Source of the DNA: a virus
DNA length: 64,000 nt
Strand: one strand, 5' to 3'
IMG/VR virus record: IMGVR_UViG_3300020050_010026
Span: 3,980 to 67,979 of that record
Part shown: in pieces, positions 22,116 to 31,065 of the stretch
Position numbering within the stretch: the first letter of the stretch is position 1
How the letters are laid out: every line of letters begins with the position of its first letter
Made by a program: the position numbers and the translations under genes
Notes under the pieces: model-generated
What the model was told of the DNA's origin: nothing
Database searches by the model: none
Seen by the model: only the letters and a program-made list of their open reading frames with translations

Positions 22116-22794
22116 ATATTAATATATTTCCATTACTACTTAATTTACCAAATTTACCATCAGTAACAACACTTCCATTACTAAATATTGTAGGATAATC
22201 TGATAATTTTAAAGTTCCTGCATTAATAATATCTTCACAATTATGAATATGTCCAAATAATGAATATTTAGGTTTAATTCTATTTAAAATATGATCCCTA
22301 AGGCTTTTACAGCCACAATATTCTAAGTTACCTTCTCTACTATAACTTAAATCTAATATTCCTTTAGGAGGTCCGTGTGTAACTAATATATCTATATTTT
22401 CAGGTATTTGTTTCCAATATTCATCCATTTTATGTCTAGCTTTCATAAAATACCAGTTTCCAAAAGATGGAGTTATTGGACTACCATAAATATTAATTCC
22501 TTCAATTTCAACAAATTCATCTTCTAAATATATAATATTCATTGCATTACAAAATTCTCTTAATTCAAATGTTACATTAGCAGCATAAGCATCATGATTT
22601 CCTGCAATTAATATTTTATATTTTATTGGTAAATTTGCGTACCATTGTAAAAAATCTTTAGCTTCAAGTCCATTTTTAAAAATATCATAATAATTACTAA
22701 AATCACCTGAATGAATAACAATATCAATATTTTCTGGAATAGTTAATAATCTATGATAACTGTGAGTATCACTAATGTGCCAAATCTTTTTCAT
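22108..22794 (-). CDS. Calcineurin-like metallophosphoesterase
   Basis: Motifs HISDTH, IHSGDF, AGNHD, VTHGPP and GHIHN. These are the canonical MPP metal-ligand blocks (D-x-H / GD / GNH[DE] / H / GH-x-H). Confidence 0.75.
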   Translation of the reverse strand: MKKIWHISDTHSYHRLLTIPENIDIVIHSGDFSNYYDIFKNGLEAKDFLQWYANLPIKYKILIAGNHDAYAANVTFELREFCNAMNIIYLEDEFVEIEGINIYGSPITPSFGNWYFMKARHKMDEYWKQIPENIDILVTHGPPKGILDLSYSREGNLEYCGCKSLRDHILNRIKPKYSLFGHIHNCEDIINAGTLKLSDYPTIFSNGSVVTDGKFGKLSSNGNILIYE

Positions 22795-23077
22795 TTACTT
22801 CTTGTATTTTATAAGTTGAATTAGCTGTTTTTAAAATCATATTTTTTTTATCAAACGATTTTACAACACTAGTCCAAGCTTGAGGTGATGATGTAAATTT
22901 TAATGATGGAAATAAAAATAATTGTTCACCAACATTAATACCTAATTTCGGATAACCTTGAATTATTGTAGAACCAACATTTACTCCGTTAGGATGATTA
23001 CCATTAAATTTATCATCACTTATTTTAATAAGTTTTAAATATTTAATTTTTTTCTTCATTACTTTCAATTTTATCAA
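22772..23077 (-). CDS. hypothetical protein
   Basis: ORF in a compact same-strand array, overlapping its neighbours by a few codons. Confidence 0.4.
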   Translation of the reverse strand: MIKLKVMKKKIKYLKLIKISDDKFNGNHPNGVNVGSTIIQGYPKLGINVGEQLFLFPSLKFTSSPQAWTSVVKSFDKKNMILKTANSTYKIQEVNEKDLAH

Positions 23078-23378
23078 TCATACTAGCCATTTTTAATATA
23101 AGATAAATTACATTGTCTCCAAATTTCTCATCAATTGTAGAGATTTTAGGTAATATACCTTTTTCTAAATCATTAGTTATATCTGCAATAGATATTTCAT
23201 GTTTTAAAAGAAACCCATCTAATACTTTTTCACGTATTAAACCACTTCTTTTACTTCCTTCATCAAAGTTATGAAATACATTACCATTACGGCGATATTC
23301 GCATCCTTTAACAATAAGAGTTTCTCTAATACTATTTAAAAATATATCTACTACTTCATCAAATCTTTTTTCTGTCAT
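23043..23378 (-). CDS. hypothetical protein
   Basis: ORF in a compact same-strand array. Confidence 0.4.
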   Translation of the reverse strand: MTEKRFDEVVDIFLNSIRETLIVKGCEYRRNGNVFHNFDEGSKRSGLIREKVLDGFLLKHEISIADITNDLEKGILPKISTIDEKFGDNVIYLILKMASMIDKIESNEEKN

Positions 23379-23379
23379 A

Positions 23380-23769
23380 TTATTTAAACACTTTAATTAT
23401 ATTTTGTGTACCTACAGGATTCATACTATGTACAAACATAATAGGTAAATCTAAATTATTATGATTATAAAAGTTTTTAACAAATTTAGCACAATCAAGA
23501 CCTGTTGCTTCTTTAAAAGAATCATAATGTTTATTATATTTTTCTTCTCCAGAATACATGTCTTGAGTATAGTGTTCATCTGCAAGATCATGATCATAAG
23601 AAATATGCGTAATATCATTATAATTATTAGTTATAACTTCTATAAAATCATTGTAATTTTTTACTATAGTCCATTCTTCTAAATAAATAGGATTAAGTGG
23701 ACCAATTCTTTTATACATATAATTTACACAATCTTTTGGTATTCTAACATCATCTAAAAATACTTTCAT
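23380..23769 (-). CDS. hypothetical protein
   Basis: ORF in a compact same-strand array; no recognisable motif. Confidence 0.4.
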   Translation of the reverse strand: MKVFLDDVRIPKDCVNYMYKRIGPLNPIYLEEWTIVKNYNDFIEVITNNYNDITHISYDHDLADEHYTQDMYSGEEKYNKHYDSFKEATGLDCAKFVKNFYNHNNLDLPIMFVHSMNPVGTQNIIKVFK

Positions 23770-24059
23770 TATATTCCTCCTTTATATTTACCTTGTTTAA
23801 TATATTTTTTAAATTTATTTAATTTAAAATTAATTCTTTTCTCAACCTCTTCTCTATTAAAAAAATTAGATATAATTTTTAATCTAATTTCAACATCACC
23901 TAATTCATCAATAACTTCTTGTTTATCAACATGTTCTTTTTTCAAAGCCATTTGAGTTAAAACTAAAGCTAGTTCTTGAAGTTCTTCTGATGTTTTTAAT
24001 AAATTATATTTATAATCATTATTTTCAACAAGATATTTTATTATTTCTTCATTATTCAT
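23769..24059 (-). CDS. MazG-like nucleotide pyrophosphohydrolase (all-alpha NTP-PPase), putative
   Basis: Small helical protein with EELQE…(x)…DELGD, an EExxE/ExxD metal-binding arrangement like MazG/HisE. Confidence 0.4.
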   Translation of the reverse strand: MNNEEIIKYLVENNDYKYNLLKTSEELQELALVLTQMALKKEHVDKQEVIDELGDVEIRLKIISNFFNREEVEKRINFKLNKFKKYIKQGKYKGGI

Positions 24060-24074
24060 ATTAATTTATTTTTG

Positions 24075-24476
24075 TTAAAAATGCTTTTTTCCTAATCTAC
24101 AATATCCGTTATTTTTTAAATTTAATTTATGATTTTCAGATTTTAATTTCCCTTTAGACGCAATTGACATTTTCAATTTAGTTTCTTCTGATAATTTACC
24201 TGATTTACTATTATATGTTGTTAATCTACAATTTAATCCTTTTAAAACATTGTAATAATCTTGCCAATATCGCTCTCTTTCATTAAGTAAATTAATATCA
24301 CATTCTTCTAATATTTCAAATTTATGATTTTTTTCAAACATTAAACTATCATATAATTTTGTTTGAAATTTGCAATTTTGTAATTTTTTATATTGTTTAA
24401 ATCTTTTTTCAATATCAATACTTTGACCAATATATATTTTATCAGAAGGTGATGTTATCTTATAAATTCCTATCAT
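24075..24476 (-). CDS. GIY-YIG homing endonuclease with NUMOD3 motif (freestanding)
   Basis: N-terminal GIYKITSPSDKIYIGQS…R…Y…E (GIY-YIG). C-terminal SEETKLKMSIASKGK (NUMOD3-like). Confidence 0.65.
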   Translation of the reverse strand: MIGIYKITSPSDKIYIGQSIDIEKRFKQYKKLQNCKFQTKLYDSLMFEKNHKFEILEECDINLLNERERYWQDYYNVLKGLNCRLTTYNSKSGKLSEETKLKMSIASKGKLKSENHKLNLKNNGYCRLGKKHF

Positions 24477-24524
24477 ATTATTTGTATTTTATAATACAAA
24501 TATACAAAAAATTTATGAAAATTC

Positions 24525-25727
24525 CTAATTATTTTGCTTATATTTTTCAATACATTCTTGTATATTTTCACAATAAATTGTTTCAAATCCTGAAAAATTT
24601 TCAATCATTTTCTGAAACCATACAGTTTCTTGAGTGTCCTTTGTTAATAAAATAAAAACGTTTCCAATTTTTTCTCCATTTTTTCGTAATCTTCCAATTT
24701 TTTGAGTAAGATGTCCTTCAGAAGAATAATATGACATAATTATACAATTGTCTAAATTATCTAAATTTGCACCTTGCATTAATTTACGAAAGCTACCTAT
24801 AGTTTGTATCTTATCAGCTTCAAACGCTTCTCTAATAGCTTTATTTTCATCTTCAGAGTATCTTGACGATACTACATCTGGTGTGATTTGTAATAAACTA
24901 TCTAAACTATTACCAAATATTATAGTTTTACCTTCAATATTAGATAATAATTCCTTAACTGTATTTACTTTTGATGGTAAATTAAATAATAAATTACTTC
25001 TTTTTGTGGATGTTATTCTTATCTTTAAAGATTTCATTTCTAAATCTTCAATAAACCAAGATTTTTTATGTTCTTTATCCCAATAATCATAAGCTTGTTT
25101 TTCAGTTTGAAAAAAAGATTTAAACTGATTACCTGCTTTTATTGTTTTATTAACATCGTCTAATTCTTGATTAATAACATATACTTTTAAATTTCTACCA
25201 ACACCGTCATTTTTAGCTTGTGTTAATGTGTATTTAAAACAAATTGGAGCAATCTTATTGAGTAAATCACCTTTGGTAATAAAAGTATTATTAATTTCAT
25301 ATTTTGTATTAATATCAATTGTTGCAGATAAACCTACAATAGCATTATATTTATTATTAAAATAGAATTTAGAATATTCCGGAGTTAATGAATTATGTAT
25401 TTCATCAGCACCAATCAATCCGAATTCATATCTTTCTAATTTATAAGCTGATTGATAAGTTTTAAATTTTAAATTATAATCTTTTAAGGTATTTGTATTA
25501 AAAATAGAATCATATTTAATAATATCATCCCATAAATCTTTTTTTCTATCTGTAACTTCAGCAAGAAATAAGTGAACATCTTTATTTTTAGGCATTTTGT
25601 GAAGACAGTGTAGGAACATAAAAGTTTTTCCTACACCAGTCGACACATTAAATGTACCTTTTAAATTAGATTCTAACCATGAAGCTACTGCTTCCATCTG
25701 AATTTTATCTTTTAAAAGGTTGTTCAT
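24525..25727 (-). CDS. Superfamily-2 DEAD/DEAH-box helicase
   Basis: Walker A STGVGKT, Walker B/motif II GADEIHN, motif III SAT, motif VI QKIGRLRK. Confidence 0.65.
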   Translation of the reverse strand: MNNLLKDKIQMEAVASWLESNLKGTFNVSTGVGKTFMFLHCLHKMPKNKDVHLFLAEVTDRKKDLWDDIIKYDSIFNTNTLKDYNLKFKTYQSAYKLERYEFGLIGADEIHNSLTPEYSKFYFNNKYNAIVGLSATIDINTKYEINNTFITKGDLLNKIAPICFKYTLTQAKNDGVGRNLKVYVINQELDDVNKTIKAGNQFKSFFQTEKQAYDYWDKEHKKSWFIEDLEMKSLKIRITSTKRSNLLFNLPSKVNTVKELLSNIEGKTIIFGNSLDSLLQITPDVVSSRYSEDENKAIREAFEADKIQTIGSFRKLMQGANLDNLDNCIIMSYYSSEGHLTQKIGRLRKNGEKIGNVFILLTKDTQETVWFQKMIENFSGFETIYCENIQECIEKYKQNN

Positions 25728-25730
25728 ATA

Positions 25731-27596
25731 TTAAATCTCGCAACCAGCACCACTACAAGCAGCTTGGTCTTTTAAATTAGTAGTATCATTTACTTCAATA
25801 ACTTTTGTTAAATCTACATTTTTTAAAGAAAGCATTAGTTTTTCAAATTCTTCTTTTGTACAATCAGAAAAAGGCATTTGTTTATAAGTACCACCATTAT
25901 AAGGTAATACAGATAATCCATTATAATAATCTTTATTAACCCACATCCACTCACCTACAATTTTCCATTCATCAGGTCTTACAGATACAGTACAAGATAC
26001 ATTGTGTGTATTTTGACCTTTAATATGTCCTGTTTTAACCCAATCTTTAGAAATAAGTTTAACTCTTTCTAAAGCATCAATTGTAGATTCGTGTCGTGTT
26101 ATAGCTCCTTCTGGTGCTTTTTGTGGTACTGTGATTACCGCAGTAGTATTTGGACTAAAATATTCATCTTCAATTAACTCTGGATGATAAATAGCTAAAT
26201 ACTGATATAATGCTTCATTTTTATTAATACGCATTCTTCTTAAATAATAATCATTATGCCAAGCATGAATTCCTGATGATGTACCTAAAACTAAACTAGT
26301 AGTTCCAGCAGGTTTTACAGCAGTAGTTCTTGCTGCAGGATTAATACCTAAAACTTCAGCTAATACTTTATTTTGTTCAATAACAATGTTTGCAGCTTGT
26401 TCATAATCTAATTCAAGATTACTTTTAGAAGCAATACCTGTCATTGAAACACCAATTAAAGCATCTTTTTCAGTATTTTTCTTCCATATATCTCTAAGAT
26501 AATGAAAGTCTGTATAAGAAGCTTGTAATGTACCTATATAAGAAGCAGCTTGACATCTTTCATTTAAATCTTGTTGTGATTCAATATTAGACATATTAAT
26601 TTCACAAAGATTACAAAAAGAATTTGGTCTTAATGCTATTTCAACACAAGGGTTACTACCCCAATCTTTATCATTTGTAAGATAAAGACCTGGTTCACCA
26701 CTACCTGATGCTTCAATACGTTCCCACAATTTATCAAAAGTTTTTTTATCAATTTTATGACGTAATAAAACAGCTGAATTATTAGCACGACCTCTTTGTG
26801 GATTATTTTCCCACCAATTACCAGCTTTACAATTAATCATAGCGTCACTGTTTAAATCAAAAAGACTTAATAAAGCAGCACGTCTTATTCCTCCTGCTAA
26901 CACGGCATCTGCAATATGACATTGAATATCGTGACATTCTAAATCTGTTAATTTAGAATCATCTTCTTTTTCTCTTAAAATAGCTTCAATTTTAACTAAA
27001 CATACACGAAGTGGTTCAGGTCCTGGAGCTTTACCTCCAGCAGTTACTAATAATGCTCCTTTTTGTCTAATATCAGATAAATCAAATTGAATATGATTAC
27101 TTGATTTACTTGTATATGATTTAAGTAAAACTTTAATTGCATCTGCCCAACCTATAATAGAATCTTGAACAACATAACGTGTATGTTTGTTATAATTAGG
27201 TTTTTTTATAGATGGTAATTTTTCAACATGATGAGTTTGTACTGAATATCCAATCCCAGTACCTCCGAGCAAAAGAAACATTGTTTCACTAAAACTTCTA
27301 ATATCATCTACTGGTAAAAATGCACAATTGTAAATTCTACTATTATTCATTTCTATTGCTTTACCACCAAATTGTAAACTACGCATTGAAGGTAAAATTT
27401 TCTTAGTTAAAACAAAGTTTTTATAAACATTTTCAATATCATTTTTAATATTTGGATGTTTTTTTATATGCATTTGCATATTTCTTTCAACTAATTCTTC
27501 CCAAGTTTCTCTACGTTCTAACTCAGGTAAATGTTTGGCATATTTTGAATATACCGTAATATCACTTAATATTTTTTTATCTAAACTTAAACTCAT
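25731..27596 (-). CDS. Ribonucleotide reductase catalytic (large) subunit, class I/II family; no partner small subunit seen in the window, so class II is suspected
   Basis: Active-site block GSNPCVEIAL…CNLCEI (thiyl-radical Cys / Glu). PSMRSLQFGG…NC block. C-terminal redox pair CSGAGCEI. 621 aa. Confidence 0.6.
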   Translation of the reverse strand: MSLSLDKKILSDITVYSKYAKHLPELERRETWEELVERNMQMHIKKHPNIKNDIENVYKNFVLTKKILPSMRSLQFGGKAIEMNNSRIYNCAFLPVDDIRSFSETMFLLLGGTGIGYSVQTHHVEKLPSIKKPNYNKHTRYVVQDSIIGWADAIKVLLKSYTSKSSNHIQFDLSDIRQKGALLVTAGGKAPGPEPLRVCLVKIEAILREKEDDSKLTDLECHDIQCHIADAVLAGGIRRAALLSLFDLNSDAMINCKAGNWWENNPQRGRANNSAVLLRHKIDKKTFDKLWERIEASGSGEPGLYLTNDKDWGSNPCVEIALRPNSFCNLCEINMSNIESQQDLNERCQAASYIGTLQASYTDFHYLRDIWKKNTEKDALIGVSMTGIASKSNLELDYEQAANIVIEQNKVLAEVLGINPAARTTAVKPAGTTSLVLGTSSGIHAWHNDYYLRRMRINKNEALYQYLAIYHPELIEDEYFSPNTTAVITVPQKAPEGAITRHESTIDALERVKLISKDWVKTGHIKGQNTHNVSCTVSVRPDEWKIVGEWMWVNKDYYNGLSVLPYNGGTYKQMPFSDCTKEEFEKLMLSLKNVDLTKVIEVNDTTNLKDQAACSGAGCEI

Positions 27597-27817
27597 TAAA
27601 ATTTTTAAATTATTAATTAATTGTAAAATTTATTAATAGTTTAGTAATGTTTTTAAGTTTTTTTTTATTTTTTTTAATAAATTTTATTAAAAAAGAATCC
27701 CTAACAGCTTCACTACGTAACTAATTCTATATATTCAATATATAGAAACGGACGTTTCGGGTCTTTCAAGGTTACTGGTTTGGATTCAAGCTACTATAAA
27801 CCTTTGTTCACTTTATT

Positions 27818-27988
27818 TTATAACTTCATAATTACCATATGGAAAATATTGTCTTAATTCATTATATGATGAAAAACTTGCTAAAATAGCCCCTTCAGCA
27901 ATTGCTACAATATTTAAACACATGTTTTTAACTCTTACTGGTTTACCAGTGTATTTTTGAAATTTTATTTCATCATATATTGTCATAA
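27818..27988 (-). CDS. small hypothetical protein (57 aa, below the ORF-track cutoff)
   Basis: ATG at 27986-27988 directly abutting the dUTPase stop, open to about 27818. Found by reading the intergenic region. Confidence 0.2.
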
Positions 27989-28417
27989 TTATTTTCCGCT
28001 AGAACCAAATCCGTTATTCCCCCTTATAGTATCAGACAATTCATCTACCACTTCAAATTCAATTTTAGGAATTGGTTGAATTATTAATTGTGCTATTCTA
28101 TCTCCTACATTATAAATAGTTGTATTTGGAATAGCTTTAAATCTACATTTTATAGAACCTCTATAATTACTATCGATTGTGCCAGGTGAATTTGCTAATA
28201 TTAAACCGGTATTACTTATTGAACTTCTTGGTCTAATTTGACCTTCATAACCTTCAGGTATTTCAATAGCTAATCCTGTATCATATTCAATATAACCATA
28301 ATTACCTTTATCTACAGTTGTTACACTAATTGCTGTTAAATCTAAACCAGCATCACCTTCTTTAGAATATGATGGTATTACAGCACTTTCATGTAATCTT
28401 TTAATTTTTATATTCAT
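27989..28417 (-). CDS. dut: dUTP diphosphatase (trimeric dUTPase)
   Basis: Canonical motifs AGLDL, GLILANSPGTIDSNYRG, RIAQLII and C-terminal RGNNGFGSSG. Confidence 0.85.
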   Translation of the reverse strand: MNIKIKRLHESAVIPSYSKEGDAGLDLTAISVTTVDKGNYGYIEYDTGLAIEIPEGYEGQIRPRSSISNTGLILANSPGTIDSNYRGSIKCRFKAIPNTTIYNVGDRIAQLIIQPIPKIEFEVVDELSDTIRGNNGFGSSGK

Positions 28418-28961
28418 TTATCTTAAACGTTTCATTTTCTATTTCAACTTTTTCTCCTAATTCAGCATTATCATCTAATATTAGTTTATGTTTTTCAGAA
28501 CTTAATCTTTCTTCAATTTGTTTTTTTAATTTAGGATCTTTGTATAATATTTTTTTTATAGAAAGTATAAGATTTACACCAGTAGTTTTTTTACCATATA
28601 ATTTAGTCCAAAAATTTAAAATTTGCTGTTTAGCATCTTCTCCAAATTCTGAATACTTACTATCTCTTAAACAATAATATTCGTGTAAATATTCTTCTGG
28701 AAAATTAAATATATATAAAACTTTTTCAGAATCAATATCTATTAATTTTTTAAATAAATAAGATTCTGTCATTTTATGTTCATATTTTGTAAATTCTGGA
28801 TTTTTAAAAGAAAATTCATGTAAAATATAAAAACATTCGTTGAATTCTGAATTAGAATCAAACATAAATGTATTTTCTAAATTATTTATAAATTTTTCTT
28901 CTATACCTATTAATGGAGCAATTAATGGTAATAAATATGTTTTACTTTTATTATACCTCAT
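28401..28961 (-). CDS. hypothetical protein
   Basis: ORF in a compact array. Confidence 0.4.
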   Translation of the reverse strand: MRYNKSKTYLLPLIAPLIGIEEKFINNLENTFMFDSNSEFNECFYILHEFSFKNPEFTKYEHKMTESYLFKKLIDIDSEKVLYIFNFPEEYLHEYYCLRDSKYSEFGEDAKQQILNFWTKLYGKKTTGVNLILSIKKILYKDPKLKKQIEERLSSEKHKLILDDNAELGEKVEIENETFKINEYKN

Positions 28962-28963
28962 AA

Positions 28964-29275
28964 CTATTTAATTTGTAATTGATTATAAAATTTAATAAAT
29001 TTTACACATTCATTATAAGTTGGTTGTATATAGGGTATGTTATCTGTAATTATATAATATTTTTCTAAATCATCGTTTTCTGAACAAATATTAAGTATTT
29101 TTTCAACAACTTCCATTAACCAATTCCAATCTGTATCAAATTCTAATATAAATCTTGAATCTAATTTATAAATTGGGTCTGCTAAATTTTTAGGTAATAC
29201 ATATGTTACACAATTTTCAGTGTTAATTGTTTCCCAATTTAAAAAATTTGCGATAATTTTATTATTTTCTTCCAT
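28964..29275 (-). CDS. hypothetical protein
   Basis: ORF in a compact array. Confidence 0.4.
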   Translation of the reverse strand: MEENNKIIANFLNWETINTENCVTYVLPKNLADPIYKLDSRFILEFDTDWNWLMEVVEKILNICSENDDLEKYYIITDNIPYIQPTYNECVKFIKFYNQLQIK

Positions 29276-30300
29276 TAATTAACTTCTATAAAATTATCAT
29301 TTAAAATTAAACATCCATTTTGTTCATATACATCTTTGGAAAAATCATATTTATTGTGTTTCCAATGATAATATACTTTCTCAAGATTTTCATCTATACC
29401 TGTATAAAAATATCCAGATTTAGTTTTAAAACCTTTAATTGCAGCATGATTCCATTTTTCTGTAAATTCAAATATAATAGGTATGTTCTCAGATTTGCCT
29501 ATAAATAAGAATTTAAAGTTTTCTAATGTGTAATTAACTAAATTAAATTTATCACAAAAATATTTAAAAGCCATTCTGTAAATAGCACCTTGATAGTAAT
29601 ATCTATAATCTATAAAACTTTTTAAAAATGTTTCAGATTTACCTGATCCAGTTTTTAAATCAATCATACGAACTTTTTTATTTTTATGGTCTATTTGAAA
29701 TATATCTAAAATACCTTTAAATTTAAATCCTTTATATTCAATCTCAAATGGTAATTCGTGATAATTTTCAAAATCATTATAAAATATATCTTTAGAATAT
29801 TCATGTGATAGTAAAGTATTAACTGTATTTTTAGCACTTAAATGTTCATTAAAAGTGATTACTGTTTTATCTTTAATTTTAAATTGTATTTTAAGATATT
29901 CCCAAAATTCAATATTATCAAATTTAGAAATTAATGTATCTTCTTTAACAATATTATTCCAAAAAGCATTATTTTTAACTATTTTTAGAATAGTTTCCTT
30001 GGATGGTAATTTATCATAATTATTTAAAATAATATCACATAATTGACCCAACATTGCAGTCGGTTTATTATCATTATATATGTAATATCTATTAGAAAAC
30101 AATGGTTCTCCAGTTAATTTTTCAACAAGTAAATCATTAACTATTGAACCATGTTTAATTCCTTTATTCTCCACATCGCTTTTTCTTATTAAAGCTTGTG
30201 GTCCATTTCTGTCAAAATCTGACAGCCTACTATAACTGAGTGTTAGGTCAATTTTTTCTTCATTATTTAATATTTGGTTCAAATTGTTGTTCTTTTTCAT
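29275..30300 (-). CDS. PD-(D/E)xK nuclease (YqaJ/RecB-Cas4-like exonuclease), putative
   Basis: N-terminal LSYSRLSDFDRNGP. GILDIFQID (motif II D), MIDLKTG (motif III D-x-K), YYYQGAIY (QxxxY motif). Confidence 0.45.
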   Translation of the reverse strand: MKKNNNLNQILNNEEKIDLTLSYSRLSDFDRNGPQALIRKSDVENKGIKHGSIVNDLLVEKLTGEPLFSNRYYIYNDNKPTAMLGQLCDIILNNYDKLPSKETILKIVKNNAFWNNIVKEDTLISKFDNIEFWEYLKIQFKIKDKTVITFNEHLSAKNTVNTLLSHEYSKDIFYNDFENYHELPFEIEYKGFKFKGILDIFQIDHKNKKVRMIDLKTGSGKSETFLKSFIDYRYYYQGAIYRMAFKYFCDKFNLVNYTLENFKFLFIGKSENIPIIFEFTEKWNHAAIKGFKTKSGYFYTGIDENLEKVYYHWKHNKYDFSKDVYEQNGCLILNDNFIEVN

Positions 30301-30556
30301 CTACTTCTACATTAACAATAAGATCTATTATTAAATTTTGTAAATTATCAAGCTGTTTATATTCATTAACATGTATTTGATTATCTGAATTAGTGAAAAT
30401 ATCAATTTCTTTAATTTCCATTAAATCATCAATCAACAATCTTGCTGCATTTAATTTATTATTTTCTAATAAATTAAATAATTTATCATATTCGGTATCA
30501 TTTAATATAAAAGTACTTAATAATTTTATATTTTTTAATTTTTCTTTATTGTCCAT
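30263..30556 (-). CDS. hypothetical protein
   Basis: ORF in a compact array. Confidence 0.35.
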   Translation of the reverse strand: MDNKEKLKNIKLLSTFILNDTEYDKLFNLLENNKLNAARLLIDDLMEIKEIDIFTNSDNQIHVNEYKQLDNLQNLIIDLIVNVEVDEKEQQFEPNIK

Positions 30557-30570
30557 CTTGTTTTAATTAA

Positions 30571-31044
30571 TTAAAATATTTTCACATAAACTCCTGGATT
30601 TTCTTTATCTATATTATACCACTTATGTTTTCTAAAATTATCTTTATCTGGTAAAATTCCATCAATAGTCATTACTGATGGAAAAATATATTTTACATTA
30701 TCATCAGGAATTATATCATGTGCGGTAAGTAAATCAAATAAAATTTCTGTAGCATTTCCAAAATCAAAAGAATGTTTTGTATTTCTTACAAAATGAAATC
30801 CAATTAAAACAGGAAAATCTTTATTTTCCAACATTTTTTCAAACTGATTTCTAAATAATTCAAATTGATTTGGTTTATTTACATAACCTTTTACTATTTT
30901 TTTACTTGATGAGTAACTTTGTATTCCTAATAAATTAAGATATTTTTTAACTGTTTTAGAACTAAAAACACCCCTAGATGTTTTAATTTTGCTATTTTTT
31001 AATGAAGGGGTGTTAAAAGGTATAAAAATTAAATCATTTATCAT
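30571..31044 (-). CDS. hypothetical protein
   Basis: ORF in a compact array. Confidence 0.4.
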   Translation of the reverse strand: MINDLIFIPFNTPSLKNSKIKTSRGVFSSKTVKKYLNLLGIQSYSSSKKIVKGYVNKPNQFELFRNQFEKMLENKDFPVLIGFHFVRNTKHSFDFGNATEILFDLLTAHDIIPDDNVKYIFPSVMTIDGILPDKDNFRKHKWYNIDKENPGVYVKIF

Positions 31045-31065
31045 TTTTTAACTATTTCTGGTTTT

